Made by a program: the position numbers and the translations under genes. Below are positions 12,127-23,542 of a stretch of 64,000 nt of DNA, piece by piece; within the stretch, counting starts at the first letter, position 1; each line of letters starts with the position of its first letter. The DNA is from Octopus bimaculoides (Eukaryota): NCBI RefSeq assembly GCF_001194135.2, contig NC_068998.1, positions 38,001 through 102,000 of the forward strand. Reading direction: 5' to 3'. The notes under the pieces are model-generated. The model saw only the letters and a list, made by a program, of their open reading frames with translations. It was not told where the DNA came from and searched no databases.

Positions 12127-13988
12127 TATTGTTATATTTCGAGATGGTCATTTCTTTTTTTTGGTCAAATAAACACATGCATTATATATTTGTTCTTCAC
12201 TTGTTTGTTACTGTTCTTATTTTATCTTATGTCCACAGTCCAGAAATCTTTCATCACACATCTGCAACCTCTTCAGTGACCCTTTCTATCCACATGCATC
12301 CTCTTACTCTGTTTAGTCCATTATGTCCTTCTGTGATGTGTATCCATATCTGCACATGCATTTGCATGCATGCATGTGTGTGTGAGTGTGTTTGTACATG
12401 TGCATATGCATGTCTATGTTATGCATGTGTGTGTATATGGGCTTTCCCACTACACTGATATTCTGTGTTCTTTATATTGTTTTTTTTTTTGTGGTACTTT
12501 GACCCCTACCCTCACCTACGTTTTCTCTTCTGCTGGTCTTGACCCTTACTTTTGATATTGTTCTTGCTTATTGTGTTGTTTGTATCTTTATATAGTGTTT
12601 TTTTTTTGTTTATTAATCTCTATTTCTTATATTTATCTTTGGAATGTGAATATTTGTCTTTTGTGTGTGTATTACAATGTTTGTATTTGTCTTTTTTTTC
12701 CTCTTCTGTCTTTAGTTGTCCTGTTGCATGGTGGGGTGGTGGTGGGTGTTATTGTGTTTTCTGTTGAGGCTCGGTCTGTCTATTATTATGTGCCTGGCCT
12801 CTGTAATCTAAACATCATGTCAGTTCTATGTGTTAATACTGTAACTTCTATGTTATTAACCAAGACTCTATGTCCTCCTTGAGCGTGTTGGTAGGGTACT
12901 GATGACCTTTTTTCTCTTTGAGTTCCTGCTAGTGTTCCCCTATTCACTCTCCTATGCTGCATGCTGTCTCTTCAATGTAAGTTACTGTTTTGTTTCTGCA
13001 CCATCCCCCAGTACACTGTAAGCTATAGACTACATTCCTAATCTTACAGTTAACCTGTAGGTTCACCCTACACACTATACAGTTGTTCTCCATGCAGAGT
13101 CCTATTTAAAACCAGTAGCCTATAGTTCAGGGGCTGGTTAGGGTAGTCTATTATTACCTTAATACTCTGGTGAATGGAGTTAGCTATTTGCTGGATGCTT
13201 TCCATAGTGTTAGATTCTAGATCTTGACATTATCTTGTGGAGGTGCTTTGTCCACTCTGTTCATAGCATCCACATAGCAGGAGCACATGGTTAGGCTTAT
13301 GGAGTTCTCTGATGATCTCTCTGAGTCTCCTATCCCACTGTACCATATATAGGTTAGCCACATTATCAGCAATACTGACTGATGGCTACACCTTCCTCTA
13401 GGGTACATATCTTGTTATTAAACTTGTATATGTGACCCTTAAGTGTGTGTGACTAAAACTCACACCCATCACATGTGCGACCATCTTTTTAACCTAAAAT
13501 TGTCATTTTTGGGAGTCTGTATAACTGTATAACTCCATCTGTCTATCTAGGGGTATTTTTGGCCATTGAGGTTATAGTAGGGAGTTTACCTCTTACCAAT
13601 CTTGTGGAGCAGAATCAACTGAGGTCATGTTCATCTAAGTAATCCTTGTCACATGTCAGGTGATCAATGAGAATGATGTGGAGTTTCATGGTGTTGACAC
13701 AGTAAAACTAGGCCTCCTCCTGAGACTGACATGGCCCATTTACACACACATAAGCACACACATGTAAGACATAGACATGCATATGCACACACATACAGAC
13801 AAAGAAGTAAATGTACGTGGATGGAAAGGGTCACTGAAGAGGTTACAGATGTGTGATGAAAGATTTCCAGACAATGGACATAAGATAAAATAAGAACAGT
13901 AATAAATGAGTGAAGAACAAACATATAGCACATGTGTCTATTTGGCAAATTAAAAAGAACAAAAGGACCATCCCAAAATATAACAATA
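12127..13988 (-). mobile_element. Penelope-like element remnant with inverted terminal repeats in calpain intron 6
   Basis: 12127-12442 and 13734-13988 are inverted copies of one repeat. Between them the minus strand (about 12760-13070) reads NCKIRNVVYSLQCTG..ETKQ...NNIEVTVLTH...IIDRPSLNRK, a decayed PLE GIY-YIG endonuclease. Confidence 0.7.
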
Positions 13989-13996
13989 TATATATA

Positions 13997-14661
13997 NNNN
14001 NNNNNNNNNNNNNNNNNNNNNNNNNNNNNNNNNNNNNNNNNNNNNNNNNNNNNNNNNNNNNNNNNNNNNNNNNNNNNNNNNNNNNNNNNNNNNNNNNNNN
14101 NNNNNNNNNNNNNNNNNNNNNNNNNNNNNNNNNNNNNNNNNNNNNNNNNNNNNNNNNNNNNNNNNNNNNNNNNNNNNNNNNNNNNNNNNNNNNNNNNNNN
14201 NNNNNNNNNNNNNNNNNNNNNNNNNNNNNNNNNNNNNNNNNNNNNNNNNNNNNNNNNNNNNNNNNNNNNNNNNNNNNNNNNNNNNNNNNNNNNNNNNNNN
14301 NNNNNNNNNNNNNNNNNNNNNNNNNNNNNNNNNNNNNNNNNNNNNNNNNNNNNNNNNNNNNNNNNNNNNNNNNNNNNNNNNNNNNNNNNNNNNNNNNNNN
14401 NNNNNNNNNNNNNNNNNNNNNNNNNNNNNNNNNNNNNNNNNNNNNNNNNNNNNNNNNNNNNNNNNNNNNNNNNNNNNNNNNNNNNNNNNNNNNNNNNNNN
14501 NNNNNNNNNNNNNNNNNNNNNNNNNNNNNNNNNNNNNNNNNNNNNNNNNNNNNNNNNNNNNNNNNNNNNNNNNNNNNNNNNNNNNNNNNNNNNNNNNNNN
14601 NNNNNNNNNNNNNNNNNNNNNNNNNNNNNNNNNNNNNNNNNNNNNNNNNNNNNNNNNNNNN
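13997..14661. other. Assembly gap (N run) flanked by (AT)n
   Basis: 665 N. Confidence 1.
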
Positions 14662-14703
<42 letters not shown>

Positions 14704-15565
14704 TATATATATTTATGTATATGGTCATATATATATTTGTGCATGCATACATACATATGTATGTATATATTGTTATTGCTGTTGTCGTTTTCAGTTCCTA
14801 CTGGGGTCAACATTGCCTTTCAGCATTTTAAAGGCAATAAAAAAAGAAACAGTACCAGTCAAATACTGAAGTTGATGTACCTTCAAAATTACTGGTGATC
14901 TGCATAAATTAGAAACTGTCATCATTGTCATGATTATTGTTGTTAATACCAACTAAATCTTCTTAAATAATAACCCTAATTATGTAATTTTATTCTTTAA
15001 ACAATTCTAATAGGAAAGTGACTCCTCATGATTGTTGTTACCCCCTGTGTGAATCTGGAAGTATTGGTGATAAGGTTAACAGTTTGCAGAGTCGAACAAG
15101 ATGGTCTTTCTCTTGAATTGACCCCTGTTCTACCTGTTGGTGCAGGTACACATTGATAGAGAAAGCCTGAAGAATTTGGTGTGCATAGGATTGAGCTGGT
15201 GAACCCAGGTTTTCTATGCTGTCTTGAACTATTATGTCCTTTTTATGATTACTTCTGTTAATTATGAGATCAATTAAACAAGAGAAAATATGACTAGTGA
15301 CACATTTGATCAGTTGATTGAGTTTATTAGCAAAATGCACTTTTTCTAGCTATTGTTGCATATCTAATATATTTAAAATATTTATTTCCTGTTAATACAA
15401 ACTATTCCCATCTTTATTGAGTATTCAGTATTAATGTCCTTTCTTCCAATGTGCCAAGTTTAGTTATTTTCCAGTTCTTAGTGACTTAAGAATAATTTTG
15501 TTTTTGTCTGATTCTTTGTGCTAATCATCACAAAGAGTTTTTAATAGTATTTTTTTCTCTTGCAG

Positions 15566-15772
15566 GTTTGGGAAAAACGGTTTTTCGGTGACAAATGTCT
15601 TGGGTATGTGACACTACCAATGGCCCGAGCAAATTGGTCAAAATATCAAAGCATGAACACATCAACTCGTTATGTAGTACAAAGCAAGGATGAAAAATCT
15701 GCAGATTATGACAGGAATCCACAGTATTTATGGATTATTGTCCAACAATCAGAAGCCCTTCATACACTTTGA
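15566..15772 (+). CDS. CAPN5: Calpain-5/TRA-3-like terminal coding exon (end of C2/T domain, stop codon)
   Basis: tttttctcttgcag acceptor; VWEKRFFGDKCLGYVTLP...LWIIVQQSEALHTL* (TGA 15770-15772); resembles CAPN5 VWNHRVLKDEFLG...V.I.SS.SL..V*. Confidence 0.92.
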   Translation, partial: VWEKRFFGDKCLGYVTLPMARANWSKYQSMNTSTRYVVQSKDEKSADYDRNPQYLWIIVQQSEALHTL

Positions 15773-15928
15773 GGCACATGTCTTCATATTTAATTTTATA
15801 TTTACAATATTTGTTCTCTACAAATGGTGGTACCCTGCTAGAAATCTTTTTTTTGATTTTTGTTTTATTTTTTCACAACCCTTGACATCACACTGAGCTA
15901 ATCCTCACTCTTAAGAAAGCAAAAATGA

Positions 15929-15934
15929 AATAAA
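15929..15934 (+). terminator. Candidate polyadenylation signal (AATAAA) of the calpain gene
   Basis: First AATAAA after the stop codon (157 nt downstream). A second lies at 16093-16098. Which is used cannot be told from DNA. Confidence 0.35.
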
Positions 15935-16106
15935 AAAGATAGAAAATTAAGAAACCCATTACATTGTAATGGGTTTATTAAATTGTTTTTAAGAACATTT
16001 CAAAAATGGATAAAACACTTCAAGAACACTTCAAAAAAAGGATAAAAAGAAGATAAATATATTAACATACACACACTATTTTATTAAAGCTAAATAAACT
16101 TCACAT

Positions 16107-16146
16107 ACTGTTACTCAGAGTTTCATGTGATTTTTCATCAGACTGT
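16107..16146 (-). ncRNA. Minimal type-I hammerhead ribozyme motif (Penelope-type), partly degenerate
   Basis: Minus strand: acagt-CTGATGA-AAAATCACAT-GAAA-CTC-T-GAG-TA|acagt. Core intact, stem III ACUC/GAGU, GUA triplet, stem I 4/5 paired, stem II only 1 closing pair. Confidence 0.7.
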
Positions 16147-16892
16147 TGTGATAATCCAGACAAGTGAAGATATTTTATAAACAATGGGTATCTATAAAAG
16201 TTTATAGATACCAATTCAATTAATACACATTAACAACTGATTTTAAAAAACAAGTGTAAATTGGGATGCAAGTGAGAGTTGACTGGAGAAGAGTAATATA
16301 TATATAAACAATAGTTGAACTGAAAATCTTTGTGTAGGAGAGGTCTGCTGTAAATGCTGGAGAAAACGTGAGCAGACTAACAAACTATGTCAAGAATAAG
16401 AAATGGCAAGTACTTAGAAAGGATAGAAGTAAACCAAAAATTGAAATTAAATTTAAAGATTAAAAACTAAAGTAAATAAGTAAAAATGTACGAATAATTA
16501 ATAGAGAAGAGAAGGAAACTGAAAAGGAAGTTGGGACATAGAGAAGAAAAGGATAAAGAAAGAAGAGCAGGAAAGAAAAGTGAGTGATTAACTGAAGGTG
16601 ATAGAAGGGGAGGAGGGGTGAATGTTACTTGCATAGCAATACACCAATTTGTTTTTTGGATGTACCTGATGAATGTGTCACACTTAAGACAAGAAAATTG
16701 TTGAAAGAAATTTTGTTGCTTAAATAAAAATTTTTCACTAAATCTCTTATAATTTCTGGGAGATATTTGAAACCACAACCTATGTATTACTATGTCTCAA
16801 CACCCATGCCTACTGGGCCACCGATGCAGCAACAATCTTAATGAGAAAATCAAAATATTTAAATTTGATGCATGTGTCAAGCAAGGGAGAAA

Positions 16893-16895
<3 letters not shown>

Positions 16896-16959
<64 letters not shown>
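16896..16959. repeat. (GA)n microsatellite
   Basis: Direct reading. Confidence 0.97.
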
Positions 16960-16963
<4 letters not shown>

Positions 16964-18265
16964 AGCATGAAACTGTCTTTCTGGAGTGATTGATTATTTG
17001 AATGCCTTTCTATGATTGAACTGAAATTGACCCTGGTCAACCACACACACACACACACATTTTTTTCAGGTTTTCTACCATACACCAGATAAAATGGTAA
17101 GTCTTATTCTCCGAGATTTAAATTTTGAATTTGTTTTAATCATAAAATTATACCTCAGCTAAAAAGCATCTTTTGCCTTTCGAATACAACCTTTTCTTTC
17201 TCTCTCAATATTTTTTGTTAAGTTACAATTTCTCTGCTTTGGACAGGATTTTTCCAATTTCTTTTTTTTCGTTTTTTGTATCAAGTAATGGACAAAAGCA
17301 TTTTTGAAAAAAACTAAATTCATAGAACCAAACAAAATCAAAAATATTAATTCCATTTTTCCCCTTTCTTTAATACTAACAAGAGTATAGTATGAGAGAG
17401 ATTTGGCTGTTATTTCTAGTAAATTGAACAACCACACAGAGTTATTCATTTGTTGATGTGTATAAGTAAACAAAAACTAAAAGACACACACACACACACA
17501 TATATGAATGTATGCGTATGTATGTATGTATGTATGTATGGAGAATACCAATTAACAAAAGTAACATGACCTGGTTGATTCTGTTTAAAGGTTTGAATGC
17601 TACAAACATTAAAAAGACATTAAAAAAAGACAAAACAGAAAGTCCTAGCGATTGGCTATAAAGATGTCTACAAAGATCATGAGAAATATATAATATACAA
17701 ATATGATGTAGATGATGTAGACAAAGCTACATTGAGCCACAAGACCAACTTCCTGAACATCCACAAACACACTTCTAGGTATCTTTTGTGCTGTCAAATG
17801 ATTCCACATGGATAGTCCTTTTTAGTTTCAGCAAATATTATTAACCTTTTAAAATAGCCCAGTTCCTTTCATATAACTTGTTTTTTGTTTTTTTTTTGTT
17901 AGCACTTTACAGATTGTCTTCACTACCACATCTTTTTCACACCATTCAGCTTTGACATACATGATCGTTTTCTTTTGCGGTAATATATATTACACCTAAT
18001 ATGTTTTTCCAAACCACTTAAGAATTTTAGACTTATTTCTTGGCTTGAAGTGAACTGGCTCAAGTCAAGCTGGTTGAAAGACCCTGAATGAAGCTGCACT
18101 GAAAATTATGCTTGATTGCATATGTAACTGCCCATACTTTGTGCAGTGGAAGCATGTGTAGGTCGTCATAACCATAAAAATAGGCTGTATGACATTGTAA
18201 AAGAAAAGGAAATATATTTTGAGGATGAACAAGTCTCCATATTCTCTATTGCTATAATTATGGCT

Positions 18266-18268
<3 letters not shown>

Positions 18269-18319
<51 letters not shown>

Positions 18320-18338
18320 TGTGTGTGTGTGTGTGTGT
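18269..18338. repeat. (AT)n(GT)n compound microsatellite
   Basis: Direct reading. Confidence 0.95.
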
Positions 18339-19733
18339 CTACACAGACATGCACACATAAGAGATATGGCCCAATAAATAGATAAATGGATAGATAAACA
18401 AATAGCTGGACAGATGAACTAAAATATTTGATGAAGAAGACATTCATTGCTTGAGGAGAGATTAAATCCAACGTAATCTATATTTACGCAAACAACATAG
18501 AAGATAAGCATCATTTGTCAATATAAACGTCTTGCCCACATATCTTCTCTAATCTGTAGATCTTTTCCTATTTGCATCATCTTATTTCTTAAGATTTGAA
18601 TGTCTGCTTCCAAACGAAAAACAATTTGAAAATATCTTCACACGTCACCCTGTTTCTGGATACTCGACTGTCCAAGTTTCGCTGTTGTTGCTGTTGTTGT
18701 GTATCCCCTGATAAAATCTGACCGTGCATACTTTTGGCCCGTAGTTAGCCAAATAACTAGGTTCAATACTCAGATGCATAGCTCTGGACATGACATACAC
18801 CCACCTAGTTAAACATCTGTTTCACAGTTGTTAATTGTATGTAGTATTGTGCTGTAGCCTGGGCGTGTTGTCCATTTTATGCTGGTCAGTCTGTTTCTCT
18901 GTCTGCTATTGTTGTTCAAGCATAGGTCAGAGCTATGATCAAAAATGTTATGGCTGTGACCATCCATCTTTGAGTCAAGCAATTTATCTTAGACTACATT
19001 AGCCATTGTGTCCTCCCTATTTTTCTTTTACAAGGCATTAGTGTGTGATTTGAGGCTGTCATTTCTAAAGGATAGATTCTCACTCCTTACCATACACATA
19101 AATTAAAAAAAAAATCTTAACATGCATTTGTTCTTAAATAATGAAATCTTTGACAATGCAGCCCTTAACAGCAACCAGATCGAGTTTATCTCCCACCTCA
19201 AACACCCACGAGCAAAGAAAAGGCATCAAAATATCATTTGGTTTACATTCATTACACCCTAAACGTTAAGTCCAACATAACTAAAATCGAAATTCAATCT
19301 ATATAAACACCTTCCTATAAGGCATAAATATAGGAAACTGTTCGATATAAATAAGTCTATAGTGAGCAATAGCTACACTGGTGATATGAAGAATATATCT
19401 TACAAATCCATTATAGCTACTATGTATTGATAATATAACAAATCGTTATCATTAGCGCTCAGATTGTAGCACCATTGCGGCTTTCATAATCAAGTCAAGC
19501 CTTAAGACCAACAAAGAGATTTGAATCCTTCAGCAGCATCTGAATTCTGAATGCAAACAGCTGAAACAGATACTGCAAGGCATCTCGTTTTATGCTCTAA
19601 CAATTTCACTTAACTACTGCTTTGGACTGGAACTTAACTAATCAACCCCAAAAGAATGAAGACTAAAGTTAACTTTTGTGGGATCTGAACAAATGATGCA
19701 GAGCATTTATTTTATCCCCTTTTAACAATTCTG

Positions 19734-19757
19734 CTAACCCTAACCCTAACCCTAACC
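19734..19757. repeat. Interstitial telomere-type repeat (CTAACC)4
   Basis: ctaaccctaaccctaaccctaacc, directly after the decayed end of a minus-strand SINE (aacaattctg). Confidence 0.85.
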
Positions 19758-20394
19758 ACATGCAAAGCAAAACATTCATATGGCTAAGTCTTTTTTCTTT
19801 GCAGTCATTAAGTACTTCAGTGCAGATTAGTTAATGGTTCACTACAAAGCAGCTCAATATCCAAAATCAGAGTTTTACACAGCACTTTTTGTTTGTTATA
19901 AAAGCAAGAAATATTTAGCACAATGTCATGGTAGAATGCGTTGAAATGGTAAAAGTGAAAATATAAAAGAAGAAACAAGAAAGGAAGTAGATGTATATAG
20001 ATTTCAATAAGAAACATAATAAACCAAACTGAATTAAGCACATTGTCAAAAAAAAGCTAAAGAAAACCAAAATTGTTTCTCTGCAAACATGACTGGAAGT
20101 ATGGAAAAGTTTAGTAATGAAATAAATAGGTAAATAATTGATGAAAACAGACAAGCAGAAGCAATTTCTGTAAATTAAGTGGAAATAATATAAAAATTGG
20201 TGGTGATTTCTCTCAACATTCCAACTAATTCTTAATCAATAAAATATAATCCCCGAAACATGAAGATTGCTGTTGGGTGACTTTCCTTGAGAATCGGATT
20301 AATTAGACCTAACTCTTGGAATAATATTGTCTATAGGGATATTTCTGCAGAATAATCTTCACTGGCTGGTATGAAACACACTAAACTTCGGTAA

Positions 20395-20430
<36 letters not shown>

Positions 20431-20761
20431 CTAACCATCTGTCTATATGTTGAATTTGCATATAATATGTTCACATGTATACAGTAGCAAATATGAATAC
20501 ACACACACGCTATTAAATACATATATTAATGTATATGCTTTGTGTCTTTTCCAGTGACTGCAATGGTCTAACAGAGTATATGACTCTCAGTGTCACTGGT
20601 ATTAAAAACACCTTAGAGTCATGGACAGGTGAGATAATGCACCTCGTTATACATGTGTATACATACACATGTATACACATATAGTTCAATGAAGAGATCC
20701 AAATGTTCTCTGTATAGAATACACTCAGTAGTGCTCAAGAGGTTTAAGCTTGAGCGGGTAT

Positions 20762-21175
20762 TGCATGAAATACAAAAAATGTATATATCTATACATATAA
20801 AAAGGTCCTGCTTACACAGAATAGAAATGATATATAGAGAATTAAGGAGGTAAAGAACAGTTTCAACAACTGTTTCTGAGGGCTCAGTTGTCCATAATAA
20901 TATTTATAGGTGGATTCCATCAAGAGATGAGATAAGCCTCTATCTTCAGGGAAGTGATCTTAGATTTGAAGTATAAGATCTCTTCCCTGAAGATGGAGAC
21001 TCATCTCATCTCTTGATGGAATCCACCTACAATTATTATGGACAACTGAGCCCTCAGAAACAGTTGTTGAAACTGTTCTTTACCGCCTTAATTCTCTATA
21101 TATGATTTCTATTCTGTGTAAGCAGGACCTTTTTATATGTATAGATATATACATTTTTTTTTTGTATTTCATGCA
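20762..21175. repeat. 414-bp near-perfect palindrome (~200-bp arms, 11-nt loop)
   Basis: 20762-20962 is the reverse complement of 20974-21175 with about 7 substitutions and 2 small indels; loop gatttgaagta at 20963-20973. Confidence 0.96.
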
Positions 21176-22383
21176 TTCAATATATTTTATATATTGATCT
21201 AACTTGCTTTCCCTACATTTACTTCTACATACATACATACATACATACATGCATACATATAGCAGGAACAGTAATTTTATGTATGAGAAAACACTGAAAA
21301 TTTGTTAAATATTGTTTCATTTATTTGGTAAAGTATCGAAATGCCCCTTGTTCTACTGCAACCTGGTCACTGAAATGGTTCAACCTGGTGACCTGGTTGC
21401 AGTGATGTGACAAATATTTCGATACCTCAGAAAATATGTGAATTAAACAGTTTTTGTGGATTTATAGATGACTCAAATGTATGTTCCATTGTGTGGAAGG
21501 TTTAGTTTCGATAGGTGACCTCAGAACAAATGACTAACCAGATATATTCATCCCACATATACGTGTGTGTATGTGTGCATAAATATATACACAGATATGT
21601 TAATATGTATAAGTAAACTCATATGTATGCAATGAACGAATATATGTCTGTATACGTGTGTGTGTGGGGTCAGGATTTCAAAATGAATTCTGATGCATCT
21701 GGTTATTTCTTATCTCATTTAGTCAAGAGTGTGGTCAGTGTCCATTGATCATCTTTTCCAGGGTTTCCAAGACTTGCAAGAGAAGGCAGGATATCGTCGA
21801 ACCCAAATACTTGCGACAAAGTGGGCTTCAGTAAAGATACCCAAGAATTAATTAAACTAGAAAATGGATTAAAATAAAGATCGATTTATTTTTTGCTTTA
21901 TTTATTAATTTTTGTTGATTAATTTTGGTATTTTCACGAATTCTTGCACAGAAGAGCAAAACAAAAAAAAAAATATTTATTTTCATCAAATTTACCAATG
22001 TAATCAGAGAGAAATAAGAACAAAGTGAAATTGATTAGGTTTTAATTAATTTAAACCTAATTAATTGAAACCAAATAAAAAGAGTCTGGCTAATATCTCC
22101 AGTTTTCTTTCATCGATATCTGATTCAAGTTCGATCATTGTAGCAACTCTCCTTATTCTCAGTTACTTTCTTCCTACTGATGAGAACTTTAAGAACTTCT
22201 TACCAACAAAAGAACCTCAGTGTTTGCATTCAATCTACTAGAAATAGCGGCCAAATCTTCTTGCTGTCGAAATACCGTTCAACCAATAAAATATCTGTTG
22301 CATTGCATCGCGCACATCATCTTGTCTGTTTACCTTTGTGAAGAGGTACTTCAATCCTTTTAAAATATTATTACTATTATTAT

Positions 22384-22610
22384 GGTGACGAGCTGGCAGA
22401 ATCGTTAGCACGCCAGATGGAATGCGTAGCTGCATTTCGTTCTTCTTTACTTGAGTTCAAATACTGCCGAGGTCGAAGTTGCCTGTCATTCTCTCGGGGT
22501 CGATAAAATAAGAACCAGTTGAACACTGGAGTCGATGTATTCGACTCATCCCCTCCGCCAAAATTGCTGCCTTTGCGGAAAAATTTGAAACCCTTATTAT
22601 TATTATTATT
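22384..22610 (+). mobile_element. tRNA-derived SINE, family A
   Basis: gagctggcagaatcgttagc head, gagttcaaa B-box-like, conserved ggggtcgataaaataag..ccag core, (TTA)n tail. Confidence 0.85.
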
Positions 22611-23206
22611 TTATTGCCTTTGCACAGCTTCTAACGCTAGAGATGTACTACGGTGTCAGCTGTTGACTACCAGTGAACTAAGGTAACACCCCTTAACTTT
22701 CGAGTATTCGAGCGGTTCCAAGCTGTGCTGTTTTCTGCAAGTGCTCCTCCCTTATTGCAGCTCCTATTTGTTCCATGTATTTCTCAAGATTTTTACTCAC
22801 TGTTCCCAGAGCTCCAACAATTATTGGTACAACTACCACCTTTTTTCAGCGACACAACAGCTTAAACTGCCAATCGCATGCTTCGTTGTCAGCTGGGAAT
22901 GCTATATCTATGATCCAGCATCGTTTGCTTTCTTTCTCAATTAACACTTTGTCTGGTTTCCTATTCTCTATCTCATGATTGCACTGAATCATAAAATCCT
23001 ACAGGATCTTTGCATTATCATTTTCGATGATGCCTTCGAGTTTATGTTCGTATCACTTTTTTGCTCTGTCAAGTCCATACTTGTTGCAAAGTGTCCAAGG
23101 GATAATCCTTGCTATATTGTCACGAAGTCTCATATTCTTTCTGGATTAGTGGTAATATGCCATACAGTTTTACCATTTTGTCCACAAATTTGACTGGTAA
23201 TCTGCC

Positions 23207-23228
23207 ATCATCATCATCATCATCATCA

Positions 23229-23323
<95 letters not shown>
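23207..23323. repeat. (CAT)n(TAT)n microsatellite
   Basis: Direct reading; explains the poly-Ser/poly-Leu ORF 23109-23351. Confidence 0.97.
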
Positions 23324-23325
<2 letters not shown>

Positions 23326-23541
23326 AGGCGGTGAGCTGGCAGAATCGTTAGCGCGCCGGACGAAATGCTTAGCGGTTTTTCGCCTGTCACTACATTCTGA
23401 GTTAAAATTCCACCGAGGTCAACTTTGCCTTTCATCCTTTTGGTGTCGATCAAACAAGTACCAGTTGTGCACTGGGGTTGATGTAATCGACAAGTCCCCT
23501 CCCCACAGATTTCAAGCCTTGTGCCTTAAGTAGAAAGGATT
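23326..23541 (+). mobile_element. tRNA-derived SINE, family A
   Basis: aggcggtgagctggcagaatcgttagc...actttgcctttcatcc...gtcgat...taccagtt...ccttgtgcct...agaaaggatt. Confidence 0.9.
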
Positions 23542-23542
23542 A

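Noticed and set aside
13640-13735. Hammerhead-like ctcagga...gaaactcc on the minus strand
   Set aside because: Core mutated at G5, no stem III or NUH triplet, no clear stem II.
13664-14869. Long ORFs of 200-490 aa (also 32275-33270, 50754-52220, 52780-53484)
   Set aside because: They are open only because they run through N gaps and microsatellites.
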